From: Amoebophrya sp. A120
Taxonomy: Eukaryota > Protista > Dinoflagellata
Assembly (NCBI GenBank): GCA_905178155.1
Contig: CAJINV010000005.1
Span: 2,730,054-2,794,053, forward strand
Direction of reading: 5' to 3'
Length of the DNA stretch: 64,000 nucleotides
The notes beneath the pieces were generated by a model. It ran no database searches. It was not told where the DNA came from and worked only from the letters and a program-made list of their open reading frames with translations. The position numbers were made by a program, and so were the translations under genes. Positions 62,201-64,000 of this stretch are shown piece by piece. Position 1 is the stretch's first letter. Every line of letters begins with the position of its first letter.

Positions 62201-63984
62201 GGAGATGTTTCGGCTTCCGGGAATCGATTGTGGATGATTTGGTCCGCGAAAAGAGAGCAGCAAGTCGTGATAAGGACCTATCACAGCACCAAAATCTCCC
62301 CGCCCGCCCCCTGCGCCTGAAACTCGCGTCCCCGTTCTGGGACGTGCTCGCCTTCGCTTGGGGTTTGCCAATGTACTTTGTCGAGGTTGCTCTCGATTGG
62401 CAACGGGAGGAAGTTGCAAAGATCGACGAGGTCGAAAGGCGAATCGCGGATACCCCGGGAGCGTTAGTGAGCAAGAAAAGCGTACGGCTGCTGGAAAAGA
62501 GGTGCAATTTGGTCTTTTGCAAGACGTTCCAAACGCCAAACAACGAGAACTGCAAGTGCGAAACCTGGTTTCCGAGCATATTAGCGGGAAGGAAATGGGC
62601 GTCGACGTCGGCGTCGCACTCAACACAGCTCGCAACAACAGCAGCGCAGGCACAACTGATAACGCCAAACAAAATCTGCATCTTCGTGACCGATACACGC
62701 CCGATCAACGTAGACCTTCGGTACATCACATCAGTTACCTCGACCGACGAGTGGTGGAGCTTGGCCTACGGTATCAATTTCCTCTACGCGAAGGAGCACG
62801 ACTACCGGATAGAAAGGCATCTACGCAAGAGAAATTTACTGCACATGCACAAGAAAGTGCATCACAAGATATGGCAACGACCTCTACGAGAGCGAATCTG
62901 TAGGTGTAATGCGGAATGAGGTTGAAGTAAATAAATTAAAAAAAAGTTTTGTCATGCCATTGCCACCATGTCTATCTCTATGTACATGCTGGAGTGCAGA
63001 AAAATATCCTGTGGATAGCACCGGGCGGAGTTGCACAAGGAAGTAGCGGACGGGAACGGGGAGACGGACAGCCTGAACCGCTGGAAAAACGACCCGAGCC
63101 GGAAGGTGGGCTGGGCGAAAATGAACATCATGCTCAGGCGGCTGCAGGAAATGGGCGAAAGCACGTGCGAGTACGGGGTTTCGATGGATAGCGACGCGTG
63201 GTTCAAGACGAATGAACCTCTGTCCAACATTGTGGACTACTTCATGAGGTTTTACTCGAAGCCGAGAACTAGTGGTGGTCCAGTCACGCGAGGGACGCCG
63301 GCAGAACATCAAAACCAAAATGTTCCACCCTCCGGTGAAAGTGAAATCGAAAAGCCTTCTGCTGGTCTTCCAAATCTCGTGCTGACCCCGATGCACGGCA
63401 ACGTCCAGTTCGTGAAGGACACCTATGCAGCACAACATGTTGCGGGAACATTTTCTACTACTCAACAAGAAAATCTTCATCCGAAATTATACGATTTCGT
63501 GAAAGCGGACCACGAGATCAAGTTTTTTATCGCTCAGGAGCTGGATGCGCACGCACCCGCGAAGGACCAGGTTGTTTGGAATGTGGACAAGAAAGACCCG
63601 CGGAACCGAAAGATTCTCTCCTTCGACGTGGAGTTGCAGGAGGAAGTGAAGGGCTTTGTTCCGAGAGAACAGGTGGAGCTGACGAAGGCACAGGAATATG
63701 TTGCTACGTCTATCGCGGAGGAACAAACGGTAACAACCGGATCAGCGGAGGAATCGTCGGGAGGAAGGACGAGGGGTTCTTCCGTAGAGGATGCTCTCTC
63801 AGGGGACCGGCAAGGCGAAGAACCCCGACGTGCAGAAGAAGATGAACAGGTACCGACTTTTCAACAAGCGCAGTCTTCGCCCTACCACCCGCAGTCGCAG
63901 TCTTCCTTCAAATCCCACGGCAGCCGGCGGGGTAACGGCGGGTTTTTCGTTGTGAAAAACGTTACAAACGGCCACCCCTGTTAA
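59229..63984 (+). CDS. Large protein with C-terminal GT34 (GMA12/MNN10)-like glycosyltransferase domain; probably continues past the window
   Basis: INFLYAKEHDY, GWAKMNIM, MDSDAWF (DxD), GNGGFFVVKN; exons joined over one GT-AG intron (~59867-60233) and two introners. Confidence 0.6.
61722..61956. mobile_element. Introner, 235 bp
   Basis: About 50-bp TIR TATGGCGTTCTCAA..GTTACATTCTCAACT; TSD AAAAG; removal gives TDKSYYWFE. Confidence 0.92.
62822..63017. mobile_element. Degenerate (old) introner, 196 bp
   Basis: Decayed TIR TACGCAAGAGAAATTTACTGCAC versus TATCCACAGGATATTTTTCTGCAC; TSD GCATC/GCACC; removing 201 nt gives IERHRAELHK in frame. Confidence 0.7.
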
Positions 63985-64000
63985 CACAATCGGGGGGAAA

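Noticed and set aside
563-63017. Tc1/mariner or IS3EU assignment for the introners
   Set aside because: TA lies inside an additional 5-bp duplication, unlike mariner TA TSDs. As I recall, IS3EU has TAY..RTA ends but 6-bp TSDs. No transposase is present in the window, so the superfamily is left unassigned.

Overview
Eukaryotic, intron-containing DNA with every recognisable gene on the + strand. The features fit a syndinian dinoflagellate parasite such as Amoebophrya; this is inferred from gene architecture and was not checked by search. Genes: a large unknown helical protein, a SAM-methyltransferase-like gene, CCDC33-like, ALG1, a membrane-anchored coiled-coil protein, a strongly expanded NPRL2, an EXD1-like 3'-5' exonuclease, a secreted Cys-rich protein, RPL18A and a GT34-like glycosyltransferase. 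The main signal is 13 MITE-like inserts inside coding sequence plus one in probable intron. All have TAY...ATA ends, terminal inverted repeats (TIRs) and a 5-bp target-site duplication (TSD). For all 13 coding inserts, removing the element plus one TSD copy restores the frame, so they behave as non-canonical introners. One family occurs in both orientations, and unrelated families share an internal TGTNATGC motif. One introner carries a nested structured SINE-like retroposon. The 40-53 kb region is a TE island with a decayed Penelope-like retroelement (N-terminal GIY-YIG) and about 1.2-kb TIR elements. All coordinates and alignments were read by eye.
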